From Clostridia bacterium (GTDB lineage Bacteria > Bacillota > Clostridia > UBA1381 > UMGS1253), in the NCBI GenBank assembly GCA_045636325.1, contig JAZTXH010000009.1:59479-123478 (forward strand): a stretch of DNA of 64,000 bases, read 5' to 3'. How positions within the stretch are numbered: the stretch's first letter is position 1; each line of letters opens with the position of its first letter. Both the position numbers and the translations under genes were made by a program. This document shows, piece by piece, positions 1 through 11,683 of the stretch. Under the pieces are notes generated by a model. That model saw only the letters and a program-made list of their open reading frames with translations. It was not told the origin of the DNA and did no database searches.

Positions 1-23
1 CTAGCCAACTGAGCTACACCGCC
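1..23 (-). tRNA. 5' part of a tRNA gene (acceptor stem and D-arm); the rest lies off-window
   Basis: The reverse complement of 1-23 reads GGCGGTGTAGCTCAGTTGGCTAG, a canonical tRNA 5' end with a TAGCTCAGTTGG D-loop. The anticodon is not visible, so no isotype is called. A consensus promoter lies just upstream. Confidence 0.75.
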
Positions 24-53
24 ACATTTAATCGCTTATTAGCGACGGATATT

Positions 54-82
54 AGTATACTATAATTTTATCCGTTTGTCAA
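54..82 (-). promoter_or_regulatory. sigma-A promoter for the tRNA gene
   Basis: Minus strand reads TTGACA (77-82), a 17-nt spacer, then TATACT (54-59), about 30 nt upstream of the tRNA 5' end. Confidence 0.6.
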
Positions 83-140
83 GCATTTTTTCAAATTTTT
101 TTAATTTTTTTCTTTTTTCGCCGCTTTACTTTACCAAATC

Positions 141-1319
141 TTATTCTTCATCTTCATGTACCTCCTCAGAATAAGCCTCAATTGACAAATATACACCTAG
201 TACATGACACAAATTCTGATATTCTTCAAGCACCTTTTCATCGCCGTTTGATTTTTTTATCGCTTTAATCATAAGATTTTTCGGTGTTTCAAGGGGGGAA
301 ATATATTCAAGTGGCGTAACCTCATAGCCTTTTGCTTTTAAGTAAAGGGCACGCATGGCATCGGTAAGGGTATCAGCAAGACGTGCTTTAAAAACAGGGA
401 ATTCCGTCAGGGGTTTGAAAGGTTCATAATTATATCTTGCAAGCATCTCCTTATGACAGCATGGCACACAGATAATTGCGCCTACATTACTTCTTATACC
501 AAGTCCAAGGCTCATATCAGTAGCGGTGTCGCAGGCATGAAGTGATATAAGCAAGTCAATCTTAACCGGCGGTGTATATGTGTTCATATCGGCACAAACA
601 AATTTCATATTGTTATAGCCTAAATTCTTTGCCATCTTTTTTGATTCATCAACTACATTCTGCTTTATATCAACACCGATAAAGCTGCAGTCAAGCTTTA
701 AACACTCTCTCATGTAATAATTCATAACAAAAGAAAGGTAAGATTTACCGCAAGCGCAGTCAAGCACATAGATTTTTTTGTTTCTTGAGAGACTTTCAAT
801 AACCGGCTTTGCAAGCTCAATAAAATGGTCTATCTGATTATACTTTCGTATCATATCATTTTTAAGCTTGCCTTCCTTTGTTAAAATTCCGATTTCACGT
901 AAAAGCTCGTCTGCCTCGCCTATTTTTATAAAATAATCTCTTTTACCCTGATTAATCACATTTGCACGGGGCATCTTTTTGTTTTTCGGTTTATTTTTCA
1001 CCTGACGCTGACTTACCCTTCTGTCAGATACATCAAGCTCTATTGTCGCACCACGCTCATAGTATGTAACCAAGAGGGCATCATAATTTTCACCGCCTAA
1101 AAGGATTTTTTCCGCTAAATTCTGCACCTGCACCTTTTCGCTTCTACCGTTAAAACGATATATAAATTCACTTTCTTCATAGCTTACGTCACCTTCAAAG
1201 CTTTTTGTGCCTGACTTATATAAAACATCAATGCCTGAAAAAAATTCTTCGTTTTTTTCAAGCCTTGCAAATATAGCTGAAAGCAACATATCAGCTTTCA
1301 TAAGTGTTTGTTTTTTCAT
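141..1319 (-). CDS. class I SAM-dependent methyltransferase with an extra N-terminal domain
   Basis: 392-aa ORF. VLDCACGKSYLSF resembles SAM-binding motif I. The substrate is unknown. Confidence 0.6.
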   Translation of the reverse strand: MKKQTLMKADMLLSAIFARLEKNEEFFSGIDVLYKSGTKSFEGDVSYEESEFIYRFNGRSEKVQVQNLAEKILLGGENYDALLVTYYERGATIELDVSDRRVSQRQVKNKPKNKKMPRANVINQGKRDYFIKIGEADELLREIGILTKEGKLKNDMIRKYNQIDHFIELAKPVIESLSRNKKIYVLDCACGKSYLSFVMNYYMRECLKLDCSFIGVDIKQNVVDESKKMAKNLGYNNMKFVCADMNTYTPPVKIDLLISLHACDTATDMSLGLGIRSNVGAIICVPCCHKEMLARYNYEPFKPLTEFPVFKARLADTLTDAMRALYLKAKGYEVTPLEYISPLETPKNLMIKAIKKSNGDEKVLEEYQNLCHVLGVYLSIEAYSEEVHEDEE

Positions 1320-1339
1320 AAATATGCTCCTTTAATCTA

Positions 1340-2995
1340 CTAAAGCCTTATTTCCTTTTGGTTAAAATAGTCAAACAAAACGACGCAGTTTTCTTTTTCA
1401 AGCCCACCCAAAACGTTATATTCAAAAGGATATACCCGAACGTTTTTTAATATATCAACTAACTTCTCATTCTGTAAATTTTCGGGTAAAACATTTCGGT
1501 TTTCTGATAAATATTCAGAAACCCTTTTTGTAAAATCTTTACCATAAAACTTTGCCCAGTAAGGCAGAGGCACCCCTTTATTATATTTTAAACAGTCAAA
1601 CAAAAGAATTGATGCAAATTTTTCATCCTTCTTGTTATATTCATAAAAAATATCATAAAGCTCACGGCGGCTTTTTAATAAGTCAGCATAACCCCTCTTT
1701 TTAAAGTAATCTGCCAAATCCGAAAAAAATTCAAAGGCATCACTGCGCACTTTTATCATATATTCAACCGAATTTTTAAATGCCCCTGAGTTATAGTATT
1801 TTTCAAGCACATCCTCAATTTCTTTAAGCTTTAAAATATCTTTATAAGAAATATAGTCGTTTGAAATAATCTCATAGGGCGGATATGGCAAAAATTTATA
1901 GTTATGCATCTCTTTTTCATCTCTTATTTTTGTGCCCTTTAAAAGTTTTAAAAATCCAAGCTGAAGCATATCGGGTCTTAAAGCAAAAACTTCATTGAAT
2001 GAGTTTTTAAAGCTGTTTAAATTCTCATAAGGAAGGCCTGCAATCAAATCAAGATGAATATGCATATTGCCATTTCCTTTAAGACTTATAACATTTTCCT
2101 TAAGAGCTTTCAAATCAGGTGTTCTGTTAATTAATTCAAGTGTTTTTACATTGGTTGACTGCACACCTATTTCAAGCTGAATTTTGCCTTTCGGCGAACT
2201 TTTTAAAAGCTTTATTGTGCTTTCCTTTAAGGTGTGTGCCGAAATTTCAAAATGAAACGATGTTTCTTTTGTATTATTTAAAATAAACTCTATTATTTTA
2301 TTTGTTCGCTCTTCTGATATATTAAATGTTCTGTCAACAAGCTTTACAAGCCTTACGCCGCAATCGGAAAAAAGCTTAAAATCTTCAAATACACGGTCAA
2401 GCGAGAAAAACCTTACTCCCCTTGATACAGATGAAAGGCAAAAGCTGCAATTATACGGACAACCCCTTGATGTTTCGTAGTATATAATTTTTTTGTCCAG
2501 CTCTTTAAGTTCAGATAAAGTGTATAGCCTTGGAAGTAAATCAAGGTTTTCAATTACCTTTATTTTGTTTTCTTTAATTTCCTCTTCCCCGCGCCACACA
2601 AGGCCCGATATATTTTCAAAAGGCTCTCCGTCTGCAAATGCTTTTATGCTTTCTTCACCTTCTCCGCAAAGAATAAAATCAACAAATTCATTGTTTTCAA
2701 GCACACTTTTTGCATCGTAGCTTACCTCAGGGCCGCCAAGCACAATTTTTATATGTGGTATAATACACTTTAAACTTTCTGCAATTTTTAAAATAAACTC
2801 AATATTCCATATGTAGCAAGAAAATCCGTAAACATCTGCTGAAGCACTGTATAACTTTTTTATAATCCGCTCAGGCGAATCATTTAATGTAAACTCATAC
2901 ACATCTGCCACATCACCCGTAGCTTTTTTCAGACACCGACATGAAAGCGACGTATGAGTATAGCTTGCATTAATTCCAACAAGACACAGTTTCAT
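1340..2995 (-). CDS. B12-binding-domain radical SAM protein (DUF4080-like C-terminus)
   Basis: 551-aa ORF with the radical SAM CxxxCxxC motif (SRGCPYNCSFC) following an N-terminal Rossmann-like region. Confidence 0.7.
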   Translation of the reverse strand: MKLCLVGINASYTHTSLSCRCLKKATGDVADVYEFTLNDSPERIIKKLYSASADVYGFSCYIWNIEFILKIAESLKCIIPHIKIVLGGPEVSYDAKSVLENNEFVDFILCGEGEESIKAFADGEPFENISGLVWRGEEEIKENKIKVIENLDLLPRLYTLSELKELDKKIIYYETSRGCPYNCSFCLSSVSRGVRFFSLDRVFEDFKLFSDCGVRLVKLVDRTFNISEERTNKIIEFILNNTKETSFHFEISAHTLKESTIKLLKSSPKGKIQLEIGVQSTNVKTLELINRTPDLKALKENVISLKGNGNMHIHLDLIAGLPYENLNSFKNSFNEVFALRPDMLQLGFLKLLKGTKIRDEKEMHNYKFLPYPPYEIISNDYISYKDILKLKEIEDVLEKYYNSGAFKNSVEYMIKVRSDAFEFFSDLADYFKKRGYADLLKSRRELYDIFYEYNKKDEKFASILLFDCLKYNKGVPLPYWAKFYGKDFTKRVSEYLSENRNVLPENLQNEKLVDILKNVRVYPFEYNVLGGLEKENCVVLFDYFNQKEIRL

Positions 2996-3007
2996 TTCAT
3001 TATCCCC

Positions 3008-4180
3008 TTATTTTAGCGCCTCGTAAGTGCCGCACGCAAGCATCAGCGCACCGACCGCAAGGCTGTCTTCGTCTATGTTAAATCTTGCATTGTGAAGTGA
3101 ATATACGCAGTCCTTTTCTTCATTTCTGCAGCCGACATTTATAAATGCACCATCTGTCAGCTGTGAAAAATATGAAAAATCGTCACCGCCCATAAATGGT
3201 TTTTGAAGCCACACTATATCAAAGCCGTTGTCGTTTGCGGTATTTTCCATAATTTTTATTGCTTTTTCACTGTTTTCAAGAGGCGGGAATAAAAATCTGA
3301 AATCAAGCTCGGATTTTACACCCAACTCGGCTGACATACGACGGGTAATCTCTGTTACCCCATCGCAAAGGCTTTGGCGCATTTTTGAATTTACTGCCCT
3401 TGCAGTGCCCTTGATTTCCACACTGTCAGGAATTATATTATAAAATATTCCGCCCGAAATCTTTCCTATTGATATTACGCAAGGGTCTTCGGGTGTGTTT
3501 TTATTTTGTGCAAACTCTATTAATTCTGAGGCAATCTTTGATGCTGCATAAATAGGGTCTATGCAGCGGTATCTGTATGCCCCGTGGCCTCCTTTACCGG
3601 TAATCTTTAAATCAAATTCATCAGGCGACGCCATCATACCGCCTGATTTAAAGGCTACGCTTCCGGTGTCGAAATCTGCCTCCATATGAACTGCAAAGGC
3701 AAAATCCACCTTTTCACCATCAATGATGCCTTCATCAATCATAGGCTTTGCGCCGCCTGCTCCCTCTTCTGCCGGCTGAAAAATTACTATAACCCTACCG
3801 CAAAGTTCATCTTTCATTTCATTTAACACCTTACATACGCCAAGAGCGATTGCAGTATGCGCATCGTGACCGCAGGCATGCATTTTTCCTTCGTGCGTTG
3901 ATTTATATTCCACATCATTTAATTCTGTTATGGGAAGAGCGTCAATATCAGCACGCAAAAGAACGCATTTACCCCCGCTTTTGCCTTCGATAACCGCCTT
4001 TATTCCCGTTACTGCAATTTTATCTTTATAGGGAATATTCATTTTATCAAGCTCACGCTTTATAATTTCGGCGGTTTTAAATTCTTCAAACTCCGTTTCA
4101 GGATACATATGAAGCTCCCGCCTTATTTTTATCATATAATCTTTATTTTCTTTAACAAGCTGTTTTATTTTACTTAGCAT
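3008..4180 (-). CDS. M20 family amidohydrolase (N-acyl-amino-acid amidohydrolase type)
   Basis: 390-aa ORF with the HACGHDAH metal-ligand block typical of M20D peptidases. Confidence 0.75.
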   Translation of the reverse strand: MLSKIKQLVKENKDYMIKIRRELHMYPETEFEEFKTAEIIKRELDKMNIPYKDKIAVTGIKAVIEGKSGGKCVLLRADIDALPITELNDVEYKSTHEGKMHACGHDAHTAIALGVCKVLNEMKDELCGRVIVIFQPAEEGAGGAKPMIDEGIIDGEKVDFAFAVHMEADFDTGSVAFKSGGMMASPDEFDLKITGKGGHGAYRYRCIDPIYAASKIASELIEFAQNKNTPEDPCVISIGKISGGIFYNIIPDSVEIKGTARAVNSKMRQSLCDGVTEITRRMSAELGVKSELDFRFLFPPLENSEKAIKIMENTANDNGFDIVWLQKPFMGGDDFSYFSQLTDGAFINVGCRNEEKDCVYSLHNARFNIDEDSLAVGALMLACGTYEALK

Positions 4181-4215
4181 AATTATCTTTCCTTTTTTAT
4201 TAAATCAACACAGTC

Positions 4216-6237
<2,022 letters not shown>

Positions 6238-6246
6238 TTACTTAAA

Positions 6247-6275
6247 ATTATATCATTAAAAAGTATTATAGTCAA
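6247..6275 (-). promoter_or_regulatory. sigma-A promoter of ligA
   Basis: Minus strand reads TTGACT (6270-6275), a 17-nt spacer, then TGaTATAAT (-10 at 6247-6252). Confidence 0.6.
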
Positions 6276-6603
6276 ATATTTTAAATCAAGCCATAGTTTA
6301 ATTTTATTTTTTAATTTTTTAAAAAATTTTATAGATTTTTTTACAATTTATAATATAATTTGTCTATCGCGGTAACTATTTATTATTAAATATACAAATG
6401 AGATATATGATGAAAAACGTAAATTTTACGACGTAAAAAATGTAAAACTCATAGCCTGCGAATTTTTAGACGCAGCTGATGTGGAGTCAAATTTAAAGGA
6501 TGTTAAAAGCATTGAACTTGAAGGATGCAGATTTCTTTTAAGATATCCCCTCTGGCATGCAACCAATGTAAAATAAAAGAAAAATAAATCAAATAAAAGA
6601 TAC

Positions 6604-6636
6604 AAAAAATGGCTTGCAGATTGGCAAGCCATTTTT
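6604..6636. terminator. bidirectional rho-independent terminator (ends the ispH-S1 transcript)
   Basis: AAAAAATGGCTTGC-agattg-GCAAGCCATTTTT: a perfect 9-bp stem flanked by an A-run and a T-run, 20 nt past the stop at 6656. Confidence 0.8.
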
Positions 6637-6655
6637 GTTTATTAAATTATGCTAA

Positions 6656-8635
6656 TTATTCCTCAACAGGAGCTGCTGCTTGTTCAACAACTTCAGCGGG
6701 CATTTCCTCTGCAGACGCTTCTTCTACAGGAAGAAGTGCTCTTATGCTAAGGCTGATTCTCTTCTTTTCCCAGTCAAGCTCCGTAATCTTAGCTTCAACT
6801 TCCTGACCAAGTGTAAGCTCATCTGCAGGCTCTTTAATTCTCTTGTTTGCAATCTGAGAAATATGGATAAGGCCGTCAACTCCTGGGATAAGCTCAACAA
6901 ATGCACCAAAGGGCATAAAACGAACTACCTTACAGCTAACAACGTCTTCTAAGTTAAACTTATTCTGAGCAATAACCCATGGATTGTCTTCCGCTTTCTT
7001 AAAACCAAGAGAAATCTTCTTTGTATCCTCAGCGATTTCCTTAATGTAAACTTCAATTGAATCTCCTTCGTTAACAACTTCAGTAGGAGTCTTAATTCTC
7101 TTCCAGCTAAGCTCGCTGATGTGAAGTAAACCTTCAACACCGCCAATATCAACAAATACACCGAAAGGCATTACAGACTTAACAACACCTGTATACTTCT
7201 TGCCAACTTCACAGTCAGCCCAGAATTTTTCTGCCAAAGCTTTCTTCTGCTCAACCAACACATCGCGAATTGAACCTAAGATACGCTTACGTCTCTGATT
7301 AATTTCTGTGATACGAAGTTTGACTTCCTGATTAACAAAAACAGATAAATCCTCTGTGTATCTGTCAGATACTTTTCTTGCAGGAACAAACACGCGGCTA
7401 CCCTCAACCAAAACAATAATACCGCCGTTTACTACACTTATTACTTTACCTGTTAAAATTTCTTTGCTTTCCAAAGCATCCTCAATCTTTTTCCAGCCTG
7501 CAATAGAATCAAGCTTTTTCTTGGAAAGAACAGTTTTGCCTTCGCCGTCATTAACGCCTACAACAAACACAGAAATAACGTCGCCTACTTTTACAATGTC
7601 TTTAGGATTTACATCCGGATCGTCTGTAAGCTCGTCTGCTGCAATTATACCGTCTGACTTAAATCCAAGGTCAACAATAACCTCAGTAGGTCTAACGTCT
7701 ACAACTGTACCTTCAACCACGTCTCCTGTATTTAAAGTCTTTAGAGTTTGCTCCATAGCCTCCTCAAAGCTTAATTCTGCGCCATTTTTAATTTCTTCCA
7801 TTGCTTTCGCTACCTCCTCGATAATACCGGCCGGAGTTGAGGCACCGGCAGTAATACCTATTTTTTTGTTTTTATAATTTATATCCTGAGGAATTTCCTC
7901 AAAATTTTCAATATGAAAAGTGTCTTTGCAGTTCTTTTTGCAAATATCGTATAATTTTACGGTGTTTGAACTGCTTTTTCCGCCTACAACAAACATAACA
8001 TCACACTTTTTTGAAATCTCGCCTGCTTCTGCCTGACGATTCTTTGTTGCATTGCAAATGGTGTCGCAAATAAGAGCATCAGTGCTTTTTTCTTTAAGTA
8101 TGCGGCATATGTTTTCGAAGTTTTCACGGCTTCCGGTGGTTTGTGAAACCACGCATATTTTTTCATTATCAATTTTTTCTGCTTCACGGGGAGTATTGAT
8201 AATTATATGCCTGCCTTCTTTGCACCAACCTGCAATACCAATAACCTCAGGATGATTCCTGTTACCCACTATTACAACAAATCTGCCGTCATCGGTCTGT
8301 TCTCTTACAATATCGTGAATTTTTTTAACATAAGGGCATGTAAGGTCAATCATTTCAAGACCAAGGGATTTAATCTTATCTTCAACCGCTTTGCTGACAC
8401 CGTGAGCTCTTATAACAACACACGCATCCTTCGCGCTTTCATCAACAGACTCGATTTTTCGGACTCCCTTTGAATATAAATCACTGTTAACCTGAGGGTT
8501 ATGAATAAGCTCACCAAGCAAAGCAATTTTTCTTTTCTCATCAAGCAAACTGTAAACCCCGTCAACCGCACGCTTAACGCCAAAGCAAAAGCCTGCGCTT
8601 TTAACAACTGTAATATCTTTTATAATACTTTCCAT
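6656..8635 (-). CDS. ispH: bifunctional IspH (HMBPP reductase) / ribosomal protein S1-like fusion
   Basis: 659 aa. The N-terminal ~280 aa is LytB/IspH. The C-terminal part has four S1 OB-fold repeats (GxVxxVxxFGAFVxL-type blocks). Confidence 0.9.
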   Translation of the reverse strand: MESIIKDITVVKSAGFCFGVKRAVDGVYSLLDEKRKIALLGELIHNPQVNSDLYSKGVRKIESVDESAKDACVVIRAHGVSKAVEDKIKSLGLEMIDLTCPYVKKIHDIVREQTDDGRFVVIVGNRNHPEVIGIAGWCKEGRHIIINTPREAEKIDNEKICVVSQTTGSRENFENICRILKEKSTDALICDTICNATKNRQAEAGEISKKCDVMFVVGGKSSSNTVKLYDICKKNCKDTFHIENFEEIPQDINYKNKKIGITAGASTPAGIIEEVAKAMEEIKNGAELSFEEAMEQTLKTLNTGDVVEGTVVDVRPTEVIVDLGFKSDGIIAADELTDDPDVNPKDIVKVGDVISVFVVGVNDGEGKTVLSKKKLDSIAGWKKIEDALESKEILTGKVISVVNGGIIVLVEGSRVFVPARKVSDRYTEDLSVFVNQEVKLRITEINQRRKRILGSIRDVLVEQKKALAEKFWADCEVGKKYTGVVKSVMPFGVFVDIGGVEGLLHISELSWKRIKTPTEVVNEGDSIEVYIKEIAEDTKKISLGFKKAEDNPWVIAQNKFNLEDVVSCKVVRFMPFGAFVELIPGVDGLIHISQIANKRIKEPADELTLGQEVEAKITELDWEKKRISLSIRALLPVEEASAEEMPAEVVEQAAAPVEE

Positions 8636-8685
8636 TATGCCATCTCCAGTTTTTCAGACCGCCAAACTCTATTTTACAACATTTT

Positions 8686-9303
8686 TTACTTTTTTGCAAG
8701 ACTTTTTTTTGTTTCTTCCCTTATTTTTCGGATTTCACTCAAAACTTCACTGCTGATTTTGTGCATTGTGTCCGAATCCAGTTTACATCCGTAGTACTCG
8801 TCAAGATAAACAGGCTTGCCGAATTTTACATAAATAGTTGAAAAAATTCTGCAATTTCCAACGATTGCTACAGGCACAACCGGCACCTTTGAGCGGTGTG
8901 CAAGCATTATCATACCATCTTTTGCATCATCAGCGGTCTGGTTCTCCTCTTTAAGGCGTGTGCCCTCTGGAAAAATAAGAAGCGGCTTTGCTGATTTCAA
9001 AAGACCTAATGCAGTTTTTATTGCCTTAATATCGCTTCCGCCCCGGTCAATAGGAAATGCATTTAATATTTTTAAAAGCCATGCAAATGGTTTAAATTTA
9101 AAAAGCTCCTTTTTTGCCATAAAATTAAGCTCATCCGGACAGACAAACGCAAGGCTTATGGGGTCCCATGCACTTATATGGTTAGCCGCTAAGACGTACC
9201 CTGAGTCTTCTGGTATATTTTCCACACCTTTAGCCTTTACTCTGAAAAAAGGATATAAAACTACCTTCGCCATCGGCACTATCGCTTTATACAAATTATT
9301 CAT
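8686..9303 (-). CDS. plsC: 1-acyl-sn-glycerol-3-phosphate acyltransferase
   Basis: NHISAWD (HX4D) and FPEGTR acyltransferase motifs. Confidence 0.8.
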   Translation of the reverse strand: MNNLYKAIVPMAKVVLYPFFRVKAKGVENIPEDSGYVLAANHISAWDPISLAFVCPDELNFMAKKELFKFKPFAWLLKILNAFPIDRGGSDIKAIKTALGLLKSAKPLLIFPEGTRLKEENQTADDAKDGMIMLAHRSKVPVVPVAIVGNCRIFSTIYVKFGKPVYLDEYYGCKLDSDTMHKISSEVLSEIRKIREETKKSLAKK

Positions 9304-9325
9304 TCCTTTCGTTTAAAAAACAATT

Positions 9326-10006
9326 TTATCTGATGCTTTTTTTGATAAAATTATAAATATATTCTTCTGTCTGGCTAAGAGTCATATCGCCGTTATCAAT
9401 AACTGTTGCCGTCTGTGCAATTTTAAGCGGGCTTTCTTTTCTTTTAGAATCGTTTTTATCCCTTGCTTTAACATCAGCCAAAACATCTTCAAAATTAACG
9501 CTCTCACCTTTCAAGATAAGCTCGTCATATCTTCTTTTTGCGCGTTTTTCGGAATCTGCTGTAAGAAAAATTTTAACCTGTGCATTTGGAAGCACACTTG
9601 TGCAGATATCTCTGCCGTCCATAATAACATTTGCTTTTTTCGCCATAAGCCTTTGCAAACTCACAAGCTTTTTTCTTACACTTTTAACCGTTGCCACATT
9701 GGATGCCCCCATGCTTATTTCAGGCGTTCTTATAAGACCCGACACATCTTCGCCGTTTAAAAAAACGTGCTGAGATGAATCTATATATTTAATTTCAATA
9801 TCAATATCATCTAAAATGTCATCAAGCCTGCCATCGGAATTTCTTGTGTCAACTCCGTTTCTTATGGCAAAAAGCGCAACTGCACGATACATTGCACCGG
9901 TATCAATATAAACATATCCGAGCCTTTTTGCAACAGACTTTGCCACACTGCTTTTACCTGCGCCGGCAGGACCGTCAATTGCAACACTGATAAATTTATT
10001 TTCCAT
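9326..10006 (-). CDS. cmk: cytidylate kinase
   Basis: P-loop GPAGAGKSS. The start is moved to MENKF (AGGGAGA SD 7 nt upstream), which also removes the overlap with the upstream gene. Confidence 0.9.
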   Translation of the reverse strand: MENKFISVAIDGPAGAGKSSVAKSVAKRLGYVYIDTGAMYRAVALFAIRNGVDTRNSDGRLDDILDDIDIEIKYIDSSQHVFLNGEDVSGLIRTPEISMGASNVATVKSVRKKLVSLQRLMAKKANVIMDGRDICTSVLPNAQVKIFLTADSEKRAKRRYDELILKGESVNFEDVLADVKARDKNDSKRKESPLKIAQTATVIDNGDMTLSQTEEYIYNFIKKSIR

Positions 10007-10025
10007 ATCCGTTTCTCCCTTTTTC

Positions 10026-10445
10026 TTATACTGCGCGGTGGCCAAGACCAATTGCCACCTCGTTCATATTTAAAAGACCAACTGTGAAAAAAACTGCCAC
10101 GCTGATATGGTCATCGAAGCGAGCAATTCCTATTTTACCGCCAACAGAAAGTCCCATTGCCTTTGCAGCCATTTGCGAAATTGCCTCATGTGCTGCACCT
10201 GCAACAGCCCCTTGTTCAATATGCGACTCTTTTATTACGCCTTCACGCTTTGCGCACACTACCGCTCTTTCAATAATTTTTGTAACCGAGCCGGTAAATT
10301 CGCCGCCGTAATCTGCCGCAGCTGTTTTTATACCCATTTTGCCATAAGCGTCCTTAAGCTTTTTTTCATCTTCTCTGTCTTTTGTCATTGTCATACGAAT
10401 TGCCGCAGCGGCAATCTCTTTACTGCCGTAGCACATAATTTTCAC
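10026..10445 (-). CDS. hutP: HutP-family protein (RNA-binding antiterminator fold)
   Basis: 139 aa. Overall resemblance to HutP (…GAVAGAAHEA…, C-terminal GLGHR). Recognised from memory only. Confidence 0.55.
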   Translation of the reverse strand: MKIMCYGSKEIAAAAIRMTMTKDREDEKKLKDAYGKMGIKTAAADYGGEFTGSVTKIIERAVVCAKREGVIKESHIEQGAVAGAAHEAISQMAAKAMGLSVGGKIGIARFDDHISVAVFFTVGLLNMNEVAIGLGHRAV

Positions 10446-10457
10446 AGCCTTTCAAGT

Positions 10458-11681
10458 TTATGCATTGTCACCTGCAAGATATCCGGTTGAAAATGCAATC
10501 TGCAAATTAAATCCGCCGGTGTATGCATCAACATCTATAACTTCGCCGGCAAAGTATAAATTTTTTATAAGTTTCGATTCCATAGTGGAGGAATTAATCT
10601 CTTTTGTGCAAATTCCGCCTGAGGTTACTATAGCCTCTGATACAGGTCTAAAGCCTTTTACGCTCAGTTTGAAATTTTTTAAAATATTCACTAATCTTTT
10701 TCTTTCTTCCTTTGATATCTGATTTACCGTTTTTCTTTCATCAATTTGGGAAAGTGCAACCACAACCGGAATAAACTTTTTAGGCAAAAGCTCGTCTAAT
10801 GAATTTATAAACTGCTTTTTAGAAAACTTTTCAAAATCCCTTAAAATCCTTGTATCAAGAGTTTTTTCATCCAAAGCGGGTTTTAAATCAATATATATAC
10901 TGTATTTTGAAGTTTCGGGATTTTTCATATGTGCGCTTGCAGAAAGGATAATCGGTCCGCTTACGCCGAAATGGGTAAAAATCATTTCTCCGAAATCATC
11001 ATACACTTTTTTGTTTTTTTCGTTTTTAACTGTTATTTTTATGTTTTTTAATGAAAGCCCCATAAGGTCACGGCATACGCTATCATATATTTCAACCGGC
11101 ACAAGGCTTGCCCTAGGCTGAATTATGTTATGCCCTGACTCCCGAGCCATTTTATACCCTGCCCCGTCAGACCCTGTTTGAGGGTAGCTCATGCCACCGG
11201 TTGCAACAATAACCTTATCACACATAAGATTTTCGCCTGTTTTAAATTTAATACCTTTTACACAGCCCTCTTTTATAATAAGTGATTCAGCTTCCTTTTT
11301 CATAAGGTGAACATTTGATTTTAAGGCATATTTTTTAAGTGCCTCCACCACATCTTTTGCATTGTCCGATACTGGAAAAACACGGCCTCCCCGCTCCACC
11401 TTGGTTTTTACACCGTAACTTTCTAAAAGTGATACCATACTGTCATTAGAAAAGGTATAAAGTGCACTGTATAAAAAGTTTGCGTTGGTAGGTATGTTTT
11501 TAAAAAAGTCTTCAATATCGCAGGCATTGGTGATATTACATCTGCCTTTGCCGGTTATCCTTACCTTTTTTCCAAGAATTGGATTTTTTTCAATTAAGCA
11601 GACCTGTTTTCCCCGTTCTGCCAATCTGCCTGCGGCCATAAGCCCTGCCGCACCGCCGCCGATTACAGCAATTTTTTCCAA
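10458..11681 (-). CDS. HI0933/BaiN-like NAD(P)/FAD-dependent flavoprotein
   Basis: 407 aa with an N-terminal GGGAAGLMAA dinucleotide fold. TTG start. Confidence 0.8.
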   Translation of the reverse strand: MEKIAVIGGGAAGLMAAGRLAERGKQVCLIEKNPILGKKVRITGKGRCNITNACDIEDFFKNIPTNANFLYSALYTFSNDSMVSLLESYGVKTKVERGGRVFPVSDNAKDVVEALKKYALKSNVHLMKKEAESLIIKEGCVKGIKFKTGENLMCDKVIVATGGMSYPQTGSDGAGYKMARESGHNIIQPRASLVPVEIYDSVCRDLMGLSLKNIKITVKNEKNKKVYDDFGEMIFTHFGVSGPIILSASAHMKNPETSKYSIYIDLKPALDEKTLDTRILRDFEKFSKKQFINSLDELLPKKFIPVVVALSQIDERKTVNQISKEERKRLVNILKNFKLSVKGFRPVSEAIVTSGGICTKEINSSTMESKLIKNLYFAGEVIDVDAYTGGFNLQIAFSTGYLAGDNA

Positions 11682-11683
11682 AT

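Noticed and set aside
6323-6345. Shared AT-rich motif AAAATTTT(TT)ATAGATTTTTTTA, at 6323-6345 and 41923-41947.
   Set aside because: It is a ~20-nt low-complexity A/T match in two AT-rich intergenic regions. It could easily arise by chance or reflect generic UP-element-like composition. There is no flanking similarity.
7356-7877. 173-aa plus-strand ORF, along with similar long antisense ORFs at 16054-16629, 18056-18538, 36103-36393, 42731-43204, 43366-43773 and 59864-60148.
   Set aside because: All lie entirely antisense to strongly supported genes. They have Ser/Thr/Pro/Ile-rich low-complexity translations, no RBS and no recognisable motif. This is typical shadow-ORF behaviour.
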